A stretch of DNA of 64,000 nucleotides from a virus. Lineage: Duplodnaviria > Caudoviricetes. Positions 47,470-56,475 of the stretch are shown one piece after another. The position numbers and the translations under genes are program-made. Location of the stretch: positions 1 to 64,000 of IMG/VR virus record IMGVR_UViG_2767802041_000001; one strand, given 5' to 3'. The notes beneath the pieces were generated by a model. It saw nothing but the letters and a program-made list of their open reading frames with translations. It ran no database searches and was not told the origin of the DNA. How positions within the stretch are numbered: the stretch's first letter is position 1; each line of letters opens with the position of its first letter.

Positions 47470-47665
47470 AAAAAGCCCGCTTCGGTGGGTGCTGGTTCCG
47501 GAAGAACCTGAAAGTCGCTCGACCTGATCGGCCCCGGTCGCCAAACCGGAAGTCGGAAGTCGGGCCTTAGCTCGGTCGCCAAACCGAGCCGTAGGAAGTG
47601 GCCGCGCACGATGCGCCAACATCGGCGGCCAGCGGTAGAGGAAGTGCCCCCGCCAAGGGGCCCAG
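47470..47665. ncRNA. Structured leader / candidate antisense control element with four CGCCAA-loop hairpins
   Basis: Stem-loops at 47534-47549, 47570-47589, 47600-47630 and 47646-47661 share the loop but differ in stem; an extra C(TTCG)G hairpin at 47475-47490 sits next to an A-run. Confidence 0.55.
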
Positions 47666-47686
47666 GACCTCCCGCTTAGAAGATCG

Positions 47687-47851
47687 CTACGTCACCTGAT
47701 CCCCCTTGCTGGGTTCGGTCTGCCCAACGGCGGTCGCGTTGGGAAAGGTGGGGTACCTGCCGGTGATCAGGTCCAGGCCGCGTACGAGCCGCTGCTCGCG
47801 CAGCTCTTCTGCGAGACGGCGGTCTGCCAGGTGAAGGTTGCTGTCGCTCAT
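47687..47851 (-). CDS. Small hypothetical protein
   Basis: GAGGA RBS, ATGA overlap (MSDSNLHLADRR...). Confidence 0.5.
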   Translation of the reverse strand: MSDSNLHLADRRLAEELREQRLVRGLDLITGRYPTFPNATAVGQTEPSKGDQVT

Positions 47852-48057
47852 CGACGGTCCTCTCGCCACAGCCAGGCCATGAACCCGAGGGCGACTGCCG
47901 TCCCGAGGATCATGCCGAAGAAGAGATTCCCGACAACGAGCAGGTCTCGGTCGATGCCCGGCCACGCCCAGGAGACGGCGTACGGGGCGGTGGTGACGCT
48001 GGCGGCCACCGCGAGCAGGAGTCCGAGGCCGACGGCCCAGTTGCGCTTGGCGCTCAT
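47848..48057 (-). CDS. Small two-TM membrane protein
   Basis: Two hydrophobic helices; coupled overlaps. Confidence 0.6.
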   Translation of the reverse strand: MSAKRNWAVGLGLLLAVAASVTTAPYAVSWAWPGIDRDLLVVGNLFFGMILGTAVALGFMAWLWREDRR

Positions 48058-48458
48058 CGCTCGCCCTCCGTCCGGCTCGCCTTGTCCCGTGCGCGCTCGT
48101 ACCGGGCACGGGCGGCGATGAACGCTTCGTCCGTACCGCCCCGGTCCGGGTGCGCGTCCGCCATGGCCTGCTTCAGCTCAGGCAGGGACGGAGACTTCCG
48201 CTGACCGGGGATCTCCGGCGGGTTCAGGTGCAGCCGGCGGAGGGTGTAGCCGTGCAGGATCTCGCCGTCAGCCTCGATGCGCGGCCGGTCCACGAACCCG
48301 GACCGGCCGTTCATGACGAAGTAGATCCGCTTCGGGGTCTTCTTCGTGATCTCGTAGCGGAGGACCTTGTAGTTGCCGAGAGGGCCGTCGTCCCAGTTGG
48401 CGTCCCACAGCTCGTACAGGTACTCCGTGGCGACGACCTCGTCGCCCTGGGCGGTCAC
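48054..48458 (-). CDS. Protein with partial C-terminal J-domain
   Basis: LK.A...AHPDRGG..EAF...R..YE motif. Confidence 0.6.
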   Translation of the reverse strand: MTAQGDEVVATEYLYELWDANWDDGPLGNYKVLRYEITKKTPKRIYFVMNGRSGFVDRPRIEADGEILHGYTLRRLHLNPPEIPGQRKSPSLPELKQAMADAHPDRGGTDEAFIAARARYERARDKASRTEGER

Positions 48459-48819
48459 GCGGCGGTGTGGGTAGTGGTGACAGAGCCCGCATGCGTCGGC
48501 GGTGTGATCTTCACGCCGGAACTGCGGGGCCTACTGTCTACGGGGTCGGGTCCCCGGGTACGCTTCGCCATGTCGGCACCTTCAATCGCTTCGAAACGGT
48601 GTGGTGTCGGCCCGGCCCCGCGCCAGATGTTTGCCGCATCTGGGTAACCGTGGGGCCGTTCCTTTGTCTGGAGACTCCATTCGGCCTGGCTCGTTTCTGA
48701 GTGGTCGTCTGGCGTCAAGCGCAGCTTACCGGTTCGTCCCGTCACTGTCTGCCTCCTTGGCGATCGTGTTCGCTCATCGGACTTGTCGTCAGATATGCAG
48801 CTCATCGCACAGCCGTGCG

Positions 48820-48865
48820 GACCTGCGGTGTTGTCCTATAGTTTTGCGACTTAAATAACCGGATC
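48820..48865 (-). repeat. 46-bp inverted repeat, left copy
   Basis: Exact reverse complement of 61937-61982. Confidence 0.9.
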
Positions 48866-48888
48866 CCGCAGCCTCCTTCCAGCACCGC

Positions 48889-49323
48889 TCAAGACGCCCT
48901 GGCCAGCAAAAAGGAAGGAGAAGACTCGCCAACCTCGGCCCGCTCCACCCGGATCGGGTGGACGCCCCCGGTAGTACCCGGGGGCGCGTCGTCGGGGGCG
49001 GTGGTGGTGTCGGTGCGGCGCCCGGTGCGGGCCTTCGTCGCCGCACACGTACACACCACGCACCGGCAGCCGAGCACGTTGTACCGGTACTCCCCGTGCG
49101 GCACCCCCTCCCGCCGCACCTTCGCCCCCACCACCTTCGCCTCCTCCACAGCGGCCGCGAACTCCCGGTTCGTGCGCGCGTACCGGGTCGGGACTGCCCG
49201 GCTGATCCCCAACTCGTCGGCGGCGTCACCGAGGCGGGCCCCGTGGCGCAGCAGGTCGAGGTACGCGGCCTGGGCGGCCGGCCCGAACACGGTGGGGCGG
49301 CCACGGCCCCGGGTGGCGGTCAC
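48889..49323 (-). CDS. HTH protein with HG..RY...CRC..C motif
   Basis: GRPT...GARLGDAADELGISRA. Confidence 0.65.
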   Translation of the reverse strand: MTATRGRGRPTVFGPAAQAAYLDLLRHGARLGDAADELGISRAVPTRYARTNREFAAAVEEAKVVGAKVRREGVPHGEYRYNVLGCRCVVCTCAATKARTGRRTDTTTAPDDAPPGTTGGVHPIRVERAEVGESSPSFLLARAS

Positions 49324-49781
49324 CAGGCGTCCTCGTCCCGGCTGATGGTGCCGGGCTCCTCACCCCGGTACCAGGCCGACTGTTCGGCGTCGGCAGGATG
49401 CCGGGGCGGGTGCACGGTCGCGGACCGGGCGACGAGGCCGCCCATTGCCGTGTACCCGGCGTCGTCCAGGGCGGCCCGCAGCCGGTCCAGGGCGTCCCGC
49501 GTCCATGTCGGGCGGGCCGACAGTTTCCCGGCCTGGTAGCCGACGGGGAGGGCGGCGTCCCACACGGCCTGGACCATGTCGGCCGGCCAGTCGGGGAACA
49601 GGTCGGTGGGGAGCTTGCGGACGGTCCCTGCGGCTTCGAGGTGTCCGGCGGCGAGGAGTCCGGCGAGGTAGTCCCCGGAGGTCTGGCACCGGTCGGCGAG
49701 CGCCTGGTCGACGTGGGCCGGTGACGGGGCGTCGGGGGTCGGTGCGGGGGTGGAGTCCGAGGTGGTGGTGGGCTGGTTCAT
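49320..49781 (-). CDS. Hypothetical protein
   Basis: GGAG RBS, ATGA overlap. Confidence 0.6.
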   Translation of the reverse strand: MNQPTTTSDSTPAPTPDAPSPAHVDQALADRCQTSGDYLAGLLAAGHLEAAGTVRKLPTDLFPDWPADMVQAVWDAALPVGYQAGKLSARPTWTRDALDRLRAALDDAGYTAMGGLVARSATVHPPRHPADAEQSAWYRGEEPGTISRDEDAW

Positions 49782-50740
49782 GCTGCGGTCTCCAGAACGG
49801 TCGACGAGGTGGTGGCGGGGCGGTGCGGGACCCGGTTCGGGGCGGTGGTTCGCGCGGCCGCGGTGGTGGTGGGGGTGAGGAACACCAGGCGCAGCTGCAC
49901 CGGGCCGCCCGTACCCGTCCCAGCGGAGGCTCGCGGGCGGGATGCGACTACCCGCACCTCCGGGGCCGGGCGAGGGCGGCGCGGCACGTCCTCCATGGCG
50001 GGCAGCACCAGCTGCACCGGGCGTCGGGGGGCGATCCGCCGCTGCCGTACCCCGTCCGCCGTCGGCGCCGCCGCATACGGCCACGGCCCGTCCGGGCGGA
50101 TACGGGTCGAGCGGGGTATCAGCCGGTTCTCCACCGCCGCGGCGAGCAGCTGGTCGCGGGTCGCACGGTCCCGGTCCAGCCCCAACATCCCCACCAGCGC
50201 GCTGCGGTGCCAGTTCGCCGTCCGCACGTCCATGCCCGCGAGGGCCGCCACCCGCTCCGGGTCGGTCTCCCGGGCGAGGGCGAGGAGGAGTTCGCGGCGC
50301 TGCGGGGTGCGGGCCTCGACCATGTCCCCGACCGGGGTGGGCGTGGTGTCGGCGGTGACGGTGTCGTGCCGTCGGGCGATCAGCCGGCGGTGCCGGGTCA
50401 GAGCGAGTTCCCCGCCGAGGACGCCTTCGGGTTCGACGAGGTGCTCAACCTGCCGGCCGGTCCCGTCGGTCTCCGTGGTGGTGGTGTTGGCGTAGGTACG
50501 GCACAAGGCCAGCACCGGGCACCGGCCACAAATCTGCAGGGCAGTCTTCTCCCGGTCCAGGCGGGTCTTCTGCGCCTCCGCACCATCACCCGTGTACGGG
50601 CCCCACGCGTCCAACGGCACGTCCGGGTCCCCCGCGGACATGCCCGGTGCCTCGGGGTCGGGGGCGCACCCCCGGTACTTGTAGTGCCGGTCGTCCACCA
50701 GGCGCTGCCTCGCCGCAATCGCATCGACGGTCGTGGTCAT
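49778..50740 (-). CDS. WhiB-like protein with C-terminal HTH-like region
   Basis: RGC...ICGRCPVLALCR.YA...EGVLGG. Confidence 0.65.
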   Translation of the reverse strand: MTTTVDAIAARQRLVDDRHYKYRGCAPDPEAPGMSAGDPDVPLDAWGPYTGDGAEAQKTRLDREKTALQICGRCPVLALCRTYANTTTTETDGTGRQVEHLVEPEGVLGGELALTRHRRLIARRHDTVTADTTPTPVGDMVEARTPQRRELLLALARETDPERVAALAGMDVRTANWHRSALVGMLGLDRDRATRDQLLAAAVENRLIPRSTRIRPDGPWPYAAAPTADGVRQRRIAPRRPVQLVLPAMEDVPRRPRPAPEVRVVASRPRASAGTGTGGPVQLRLVFLTPTTTAAARTTAPNRVPHRPATTSSTVLETAA

Positions 50741-51063
50741 GGGGTGTCCCCTTCCTGCGGGTTGTGGTGTGTGGTGCGGGCCAGCTCGGCGGCGACGACC
50801 GCGTCCGCGGCGGCCATCACCGCCAGCTCGGACGCGGCACGCCCGGTGAACTCCTCTGCGGCCCGCTGTTCGGCGACCGCAGCAGCGACCCGGGTACGGA
50901 ACGCCTCCAGGTCCCGGTGATGCACAGCGTCCGCCAGCAGGGTGGCAGCGCGCTCCGCCCGCAGCACACGGCGCAGGCGGTGCAACTGCCACCACACCCG
51001 GCCGGCACCCGCCACAACGGCGAGCACCGCGGCCACGGCGGCGTACTGCTGGGTGGTGGTCAT
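50737..51063 (-). CDS. Small membrane-anchored protein
   Basis: GAGGAGG RBS; N-terminal hydrophobic helix. Confidence 0.55.
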   Translation of the reverse strand: MTTTQQYAAVAAVLAVVAGAGRVWWQLHRLRRVLRAERAATLLADAVHHRDLEAFRTRVAAAVAEQRAAEEFTGRAASELAVMAAADAVVAAELARTTHHNPQEGDTP

Positions 51064-51338
51064 GGGTGTCGCCTCCTCTCCGGGGCGCCGGAACAACACG
51101 GGCACGGGCTTGGGCCTCGGGCTGGCCTTCGGGGTCACCGCGGCACACCCCCGGTGGGGTTGGGCGGCAGGTCCATCCGGCCCGACCGGTACCGCCACAC
51201 CGCCACCAAGAACGGCGAAGCCACCAGCAAGGACAGGACGACGTAGACCAGGGCGATCAGCACGGGGTGCCTCCAGGGCATGGGGAACGGAACGGCCGGC
51301 CCCAGAGCGGGACCGGCCGGTAGTCGACAGAAGGCAGA

Positions 51339-53048
51339 TCAGGCGGCGACGCTCAGCTCCGACTGCGGTTGCGCGTGCCGCTCCAGCTCTTCGCCGGTGA
51401 CGGCTTCGACCAGGGCGCAGAGGATGACCTCGGCGGCGTTGGGGGTGACGGCGTTGCCGTACTGGCGGACCTTGTCACGTTTGGAGCCGAGGACGATGTA
51501 GTCGTCGGCGAAGCTCATCGCCCGGCCGATCTCGTGGGGCTCCAGCATCCGAAAGCGGACGTCGTTGATGTCGACGTCGCCTCGGACGAGGGCGTACCGG
51601 TCGCGGGTGGAGAGGGCGCCGATGGGTTCGCGGACGGTGCGGGCGGTGCCGTTGGTGTAGTAGGGGACGAGGATGTCGTTCCAGGTGACGAGCGACTGGT
51701 GGCCAGCCGTGGTGAGGGCCCGGACGGGTTCGGTGACCGGGGTGCTGAGGTATCCGGCGTCGCCGCGCACCGAGTTGTTCCGCATGACCATGGCGGGGAT
51801 GTCGGGCATGACGAGCCCGTGGTGGTTCCCGGAGGCGGTGACGGTGGCGAGGGCGTCGGTCACGGACCGGGCGACGGAGCCGCCGCCGCGAAGTTCGGCG
51901 ATGAACGGCAGCCAGGCAAGCCCGGTCTCGTTGCGGGTGGTCATGGTGCGCAGCGGGTCGTTGACGGAGCGGGCTTCCTTGCCGTCGCGGCCTTCGACGG
52001 GGACGAGGAGCGGCGGGACCATGAGTCCGTCGTTCTCCCGGGTTGTGCGGGCGCCCATGGGTTCGCCGACGCTGACGGCCGAGTCTCTCCAGGTGCCGCC
52101 GGCCGGGACCATCATCGGGACGGGCTGGGAGAACTTCTTGAGCCCGGCCTGGATGCGGGCGAGCGTCTTGTCGGCGAGGGGCTTGGCCCGGTCGCCGATG
52201 CGCTGTCCGGGGATGGACCAGTCGATCGCGGCGGCGGCGGGGAGCGCTTCGGGTTCGACGATCTGGTTGCGGCAGGTGGTGGAGGGGCAGCGGTAGACGT
52301 ACTGGGTGCGGTAGCGGCCCATGTCGCGGCCGGGGGTTTTGAACACCTGCATGGCCTGCACCCAGGTGTCGCAGCCGGAGCACCAGGCGCGGGGGCGGAG
52401 CCACTTGTCCCAGTCGGGGGTGCGGCCCAGCGACTTGTGCCAGTAGCCGACGTAGAGTCGGTCGCGGGACTGGGGTGCGGCGTGCACGGACCGGGGGTTC
52501 GCGTGCATGCTGTTGAGGGCGATGATGCGGGTGAGGTAGCCCATTTTGTGGAGCTCGCCGATCCACCGGTCCCACTGGTCCCAGGCCCGGACGTCGGTGA
52601 CATTCTCGACGACCCCGGCCTTGACGAGCCCGCCGCGCTCTTGGACGCCGCGGAGGTACAGCGGCACCTCCTCCATCAGGGCCCGGGACTCTTCCTCCGC
52701 GTCGGCGGGCTCCTCCTCGTCCTGGTCGACGAGGAGGTCGAGGAGGCTGCCCTGCATGGCGGTGTCGAAGTTGCGGCGCTTGCCCTTCGCCACGGACCAG
52801 TTGGTGCACTCCGGGGAGGCCCAGAAGATGTCGGTGACGGGCCAGTCCCAGACGGGGGCGGTGCGGATGTCGCCGCGGTAGTGGCTGGCCTCGGGGAAGT
52901 TCGCCTCGTGGGAGTCGATGGCCTTTGCCCAGTGGTTCGCGGCGCGGGTGACGCGCACGCCGGGAACGGAGTGGGCGCCCTGGCTGGAGCCTCCTGCACC
53001 ACAGAACCAGTCCATGACCGTCAGTGCGTTGTCGTCGTTGCGGTACAT
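51339..53048 (-). CDS. DNA cytosine-5 methyltransferase
   Basis: Motif I DWFCGAGG, IV SPEC, VI ENV, VIII QSRDR, X QYGNAV. Confidence 0.92.
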   Translation of the reverse strand: MYRNDDNALTVMDWFCGAGGSSQGAHSVPGVRVTRAANHWAKAIDSHEANFPEASHYRGDIRTAPVWDWPVTDIFWASPECTNWSVAKGKRRNFDTAMQGSLLDLLVDQDEEEPADAEEESRALMEEVPLYLRGVQERGGLVKAGVVENVTDVRAWDQWDRWIGELHKMGYLTRIIALNSMHANPRSVHAAPQSRDRLYVGYWHKSLGRTPDWDKWLRPRAWCSGCDTWVQAMQVFKTPGRDMGRYRTQYVYRCPSTTCRNQIVEPEALPAAAAIDWSIPGQRIGDRAKPLADKTLARIQAGLKKFSQPVPMMVPAGGTWRDSAVSVGEPMGARTTRENDGLMVPPLLVPVEGRDGKEARSVNDPLRTMTTRNETGLAWLPFIAELRGGGSVARSVTDALATVTASGNHHGLVMPDIPAMVMRNNSVRGDAGYLSTPVTEPVRALTTAGHQSLVTWNDILVPYYTNGTARTVREPIGALSTRDRYALVRGDVDINDVRFRMLEPHEIGRAMSFADDYIVLGSKRDKVRQYGNAVTPNAAEVILCALVEAVTGEELERHAQPQSELSVAA

Positions 53049-53968
53049 CAGGCTGCGTTCCTCTCGCGGGTGTCGGCGTTGCTGTTCAGCTCGTCACGGC
53101 GGGCCCGGAGATGCGTGATGCGGGCGGCGAGCATGTCCTCGACCCGCGTCGGGACCTTCGGCTCGCCGAACGGGACCATCTCGTTCAGCAGCGTCTTCGC
53201 CTTGGCCTCGGCAAGGGCCTGGAGCGTGGCCTCCAAGCTGTCCCACCCGTTACGGACCCGCTCCAGGAACGGGCCCAGGATCTGCTGCTGCGTCTCGGCC
53301 GGCGTCATGGCCCGCGGGCCGGACGTTTCCGGCCGTGCCTCCTGCGCCGGGCCGGCCGCGGTCTCGTCGAGCGATGCGCCCCCGGACTCCACGATCTCCA
53401 GGTCCGACGACGTCCACAGATCCAGCGCCATCCCGAACCGCATCCCCGCGTTACGGATCGCGTCCCCGATGATCTCCTTCACCGCGTCGCCACCAGACTT
53501 ACCGTCGGCACTGCCGTAGCCCAGCCGCGTCATCCCGCACACCGTGAGACGGATCCACATGCCACGGTTCCCGTCGTACTGCGGCAGCCCGTTTGCATCC
53601 GGCGCCATCGGCTCCCAGTCCCAGAACGGGTCGACGTTCAGGAGCCGGTTGGTGGCCTCGGCGTGCCCGACGAAGCGGAGGTCGATGTGCGCGGTCGTCA
53701 TGTTCTGCCCGCACTTCCGGCACTGGCGACGCTCATGGTCGTTGCGGCTGCAGGTGCCCTTCGCGTCGCGGCAGGCCTTGCACCAGACGCGGGGAAGGTA
53801 GCGGATCTCTTCGGGCTTGAACGGCTCGCGAAGTCTGTGGAGGGCTTCGAGCTGCTCGGCGCGGCTGTAGCCGAAGGTGTTGGCCGGGCGGGTGTCGGCC
53901 TGGTTTTGGGTGTGCGAGGTGGGGCCCTCCGCCGTGACGCTGGCGGGGGCCTCGGTGGCCGTGGCCAT
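53048..53968 (-). CDS. Rad52/Sak-like single-strand annealing protein
   Basis: L..PF...; FVGHA....RL..VDP.W.W; LTVCG.TR.GYG; K....DA.RNA.MRFG.ALDLW. Confidence 0.75.
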   Translation of the reverse strand: MATATEAPASVTAEGPTSHTQNQADTRPANTFGYSRAEQLEALHRLREPFKPEEIRYLPRVWCKACRDAKGTCSRNDHERRQCRKCGQNMTTAHIDLRFVGHAEATNRLLNVDPFWDWEPMAPDANGLPQYDGNRGMWIRLTVCGMTRLGYGSADGKSGGDAVKEIIGDAIRNAGMRFGMALDLWTSSDLEIVESGGASLDETAAGPAQEARPETSGPRAMTPAETQQQILGPFLERVRNGWDSLEATLQALAEAKAKTLLNEMVPFGEPKVPTRVEDMLAARITHLRARRDELNSNADTRERNAA

Positions 53969-54043
53969 GAGGTCTCCTATGGGGTTATCGCCGCCGGCTG
54001 GCGGGCCCGGGTGTCGTCACCGGCGCCCGCCCCGGGCGGGGAG

Positions 54044-54592
54044 TTACTCGGGTTCGGGTAGGGCAGTGAAGTTGTCGACGAGCCAGGACCGCAGAACCTG
54101 CGACGTGATCGGAGCCCAGTCCAGCTCCCCATCCGCCAGGAGCTTCTGCCCGTACTCGTCGACCCGGCGGCGCAGGTCCGCGTTCACCCGGATGTTCAGG
54201 TTCGCGACCGGCCCCTCGTGCTCACCCCGGACGGGGCGCAGCGGCGTGTACTCGTCGGTGAGGAACGAGTTCAGCGCGGCCGCAGCCTCCATGGAGAGGG
54301 AGGTGCCCTTCTTCAGGGCGGGGGTGGTGCCGTCCTTCTTCATGGCCTCGTCCTTCTTCTGGACGTTGACCTTGATCTCGTCACGCACCGCCCGGGGCAT
54401 GCGGATCGCGAGGTTCGGGCTCTCCTCCTCCAGATCCTTCCATCGCAGCCGGCTGACGAAGCGGGCCCCTTCGTCGGTGAGGACGAAGTCGACGGTGTCG
54501 GCGAGCTCGGCGGGGGCGCCGGTGTCGCGGAGGTGTGCGGAGGCCTTCTTGAGCAGGTCGACGCGGTGCTGGTCCTGGCGGCTGAGTGCCAC
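54044..54592 (-). CDS. Putative repressor with two ribbon-helix-helix-like motifs
   Basis: PNLAIRMPRAVRDEIK and ANLNIRVNADLRRRVDE; GAGAGGA RBS; divergent gene with operator copies upstream. Confidence 0.55.
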   Translation of the reverse strand: MALSRQDQHRVDLLKKASAHLRDTGAPAELADTVDFVLTDEGARFVSRLRWKDLEEESPNLAIRMPRAVRDEIKVNVQKKDEAMKKDGTTPALKKGTSLSMEAAAALNSFLTDEYTPLRPVRGEHEGPVANLNIRVNADLRRRVDEYGQKLLADGELDWAPITSQVLRSWLVDNFTALPEPE

Positions 54593-54681
54593 GGGGCGGG
54601 GTCCTCTCGGCGGGCGCCGCCCGTGCCGAGGGTGGCCGGGCGGGCGTGCATGGGCGTGTACCACGTCATCGTCCTCCATTT

Positions 54682-54792
54682 CGTATTGCTACGCCATGCC
54701 CGACGGGTATGGCGGCCGGGAAGCGGGTGTTCCTGGCTGATGCCAACCCTACGCCCTTTCGTATTGCATTGCAATGCGTTTCGTGTCATGGT
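54682..54792 (+). promoter_or_regulatory. Operator half-site (54682) and operator plus promoter copy 5 (54760-54778)
   Basis: CGTATTGC-TAC-GCCATGCC and CGTATTGC-ATT-GCAATGCG; TTGCAT-17-CATGGT. Confidence 0.7.
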
Positions 54793-54824
54793 GGTCGCAC
54801 ACCACAACACGCGGGGAGATCGCC

Positions 54825-55163
54825 ATGAAGGCCAGCAGCCGCCAGGCACGCCAGACCATCCGCACCAGGACCCGCACCCAGCGCGCTGCCGCCCGCATTG
54901 CCCGACGCGGCAACGGCACCCTCACAACCCACGCCATCGCCGCCGGCCTCACCCCCCGCGAAGCCCGCAGCGTCGCCAGCAGCCTCCGCAAGACCGCCAC
55001 CAAGCTCGGCATCCAGGGCCAGGCGGGCACCGCGCACACCAAGGGTCGCGTTCGCACCTGCACCCGATACACCCGCCAGCAGGTCGCCGCCCTCGCCGTG
55101 GCGTACCGGCCCCGCAAGGAGGCCTACCGCCTCGCCGCCACCCGCCTGACCCTCGCCGCGTAA
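54825..55163 (+). CDS. Small basic protein
   Basis: GGGGAG RBS; Arg/Ala/Thr-rich. Confidence 0.7.
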   Translation: MKASSRQARQTIRTRTRTQRAAARIARRGNGTLTTHAIAAGLTPREARSVASSLRKTATKLGIQGQAGTAHTKGRVRTCTRYTRQQVAALAVAYRPRKEAYRLAATRLTLAA

Positions 55164-55171
55164 GGAGCCTG

Positions 55172-55918
55172 ATGTTGATCTGCCAGAGTTGCGAGAAGGA
55201 ACCCAAGGGGCCTCTCGTTAGGGGCAGGTGCGACGCCTGCTATCGCAGACACCTTCGTGCGCTGAAGCAAGCAAACACGTACGTCCCCAAGACCCCTCTC
55301 GACCGCAACCGGCCCGTGAAGGAGCGCATCCTGGACAGGGCCGTTTCCGGCTGGGGCGGATGCATCATCTGGACAGGGCCGACCTGGGACGGGTACGGAG
55401 TTGTGAAAGTCGGCGGCTCGGCACGTGTAGCACACCGGGTTCTGTACGAAATCTTCATGGGCCCGGTGCCAGGCGGCTTGGAACTGGACCACACCTGCCA
55501 CACCGAACAATTGGACTGCCCCGGCGGGCAATGTGTCCATCGGAGGTGTGTCAATCCGTATCACCTGGAGCCCGTGACCTCTGCCGAGAACAAGTTCCGC
55601 GGGAGAAGCCCCATAGCGGCAAACGCATTCAAAACTCACTGCCCACAGGGTCACGAGTACACCGACGACAACACGTACCGGAAGCCCAGCAACGGGCAGC
55701 GCGTCTGTAAGCAGTGCCGCGACGCGCAGTATCGAGCGGCACATCCGCCACGTCCACGAGTCGACACGGAGCGATCTCATTGCCGAAACGGCCACCCCCA
55801 GGGCGCTTCGGCCACCTTCATTGACTCTGGTGGGGTAACCCGCTGCAAGGAGTGCCGTAGGGAGTCGAGTCGTCAAAGTAAGCGACGCCGACGGCAGGAG
55901 CGGAACGCGTCTACCTGA
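55172..55918 (+). CDS. HNH endonuclease with CxxGH repeats
   Basis: C..WTG...GYG...AHR..YE...G..P.GLELDH.C...CVNP.HLEPVT..EN; THCPQGHEY and SHCRNGHP. Confidence 0.85.
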   Translation: MLICQSCEKEPKGPLVRGRCDACYRRHLRALKQANTYVPKTPLDRNRPVKERILDRAVSGWGGCIIWTGPTWDGYGVVKVGGSARVAHRVLYEIFMGPVPGGLELDHTCHTEQLDCPGGQCVHRRCVNPYHLEPVTSAENKFRGRSPIAANAFKTHCPQGHEYTDDNTYRKPSNGQRVCKQCRDAQYRAAHPPRPRVDTERSHCRNGHPQGASATFIDSGGVTRCKECRRESSRQSKRRRRQERNAST

Positions 55919-55997
55919 GGCACGGGCACAACCGTGAGATCACGGCGATTGTAGACCGCCCCTCGCGCCAGCCGCCACCAAACCGGACACTAACCCC

Positions 55998-56204
55998 ATG
56001 GCCCGCGACAACCGGAACGCCCAGCCCACCCTCATCGACGACCCCAACACCGGCTACCGGCACCGGTACTGCCGACGCTGCGGACGACCGTTGACCGTGC
56101 TCAGCTCGCGGTTGAACGGGTACGGCCCGGCCTGCGACCCCAACCGGCACCCCGGTGCGGCAGCACCCCACGAAGTCGACCAAGACGCTATCCCCGGCAC
56201 CTGA
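55998..56204 (+). CDS. Small Zn-finger protein (DUF6011-like)
   Basis: CRRCGRPLT..S...GYGPAC. Confidence 0.6.
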   Translation: MARDNRNAQPTLIDDPNTGYRHRYCRRCGRPLTVLSSRLNGYGPACDPNRHPGAAAPHEVDQDAIPGT

Positions 56205-56475
56205 CGACCGATAAGCTCCACCACGCATCACCACCTTGAAGACCCGACGTGGACGAAGGCCAAACAGCAGGCCCAGACAACACGGGGCACTTCAAGGAAA
56301 GGGGGGCTCATGGTTGAACGACACAAACCAGAAGCCGACGACGAAAGACTCGTTCGGACGTCGCGTTGCAGGTCACCTGACAGCGCGCGCACTGTGGGAA
56401 GCCATCAAGTGGCTGTACGAGCAAGTTTCGTCGCTCTAGGTTGACGCAGGTCCCGGGACCCACAGTCCGGGACTG

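Noticed and set aside
51369-53519. 716-aa plus-strand ORF
   Set aside because: Antisense to the methyltransferase and annealing-protein genes, which have clear motifs.
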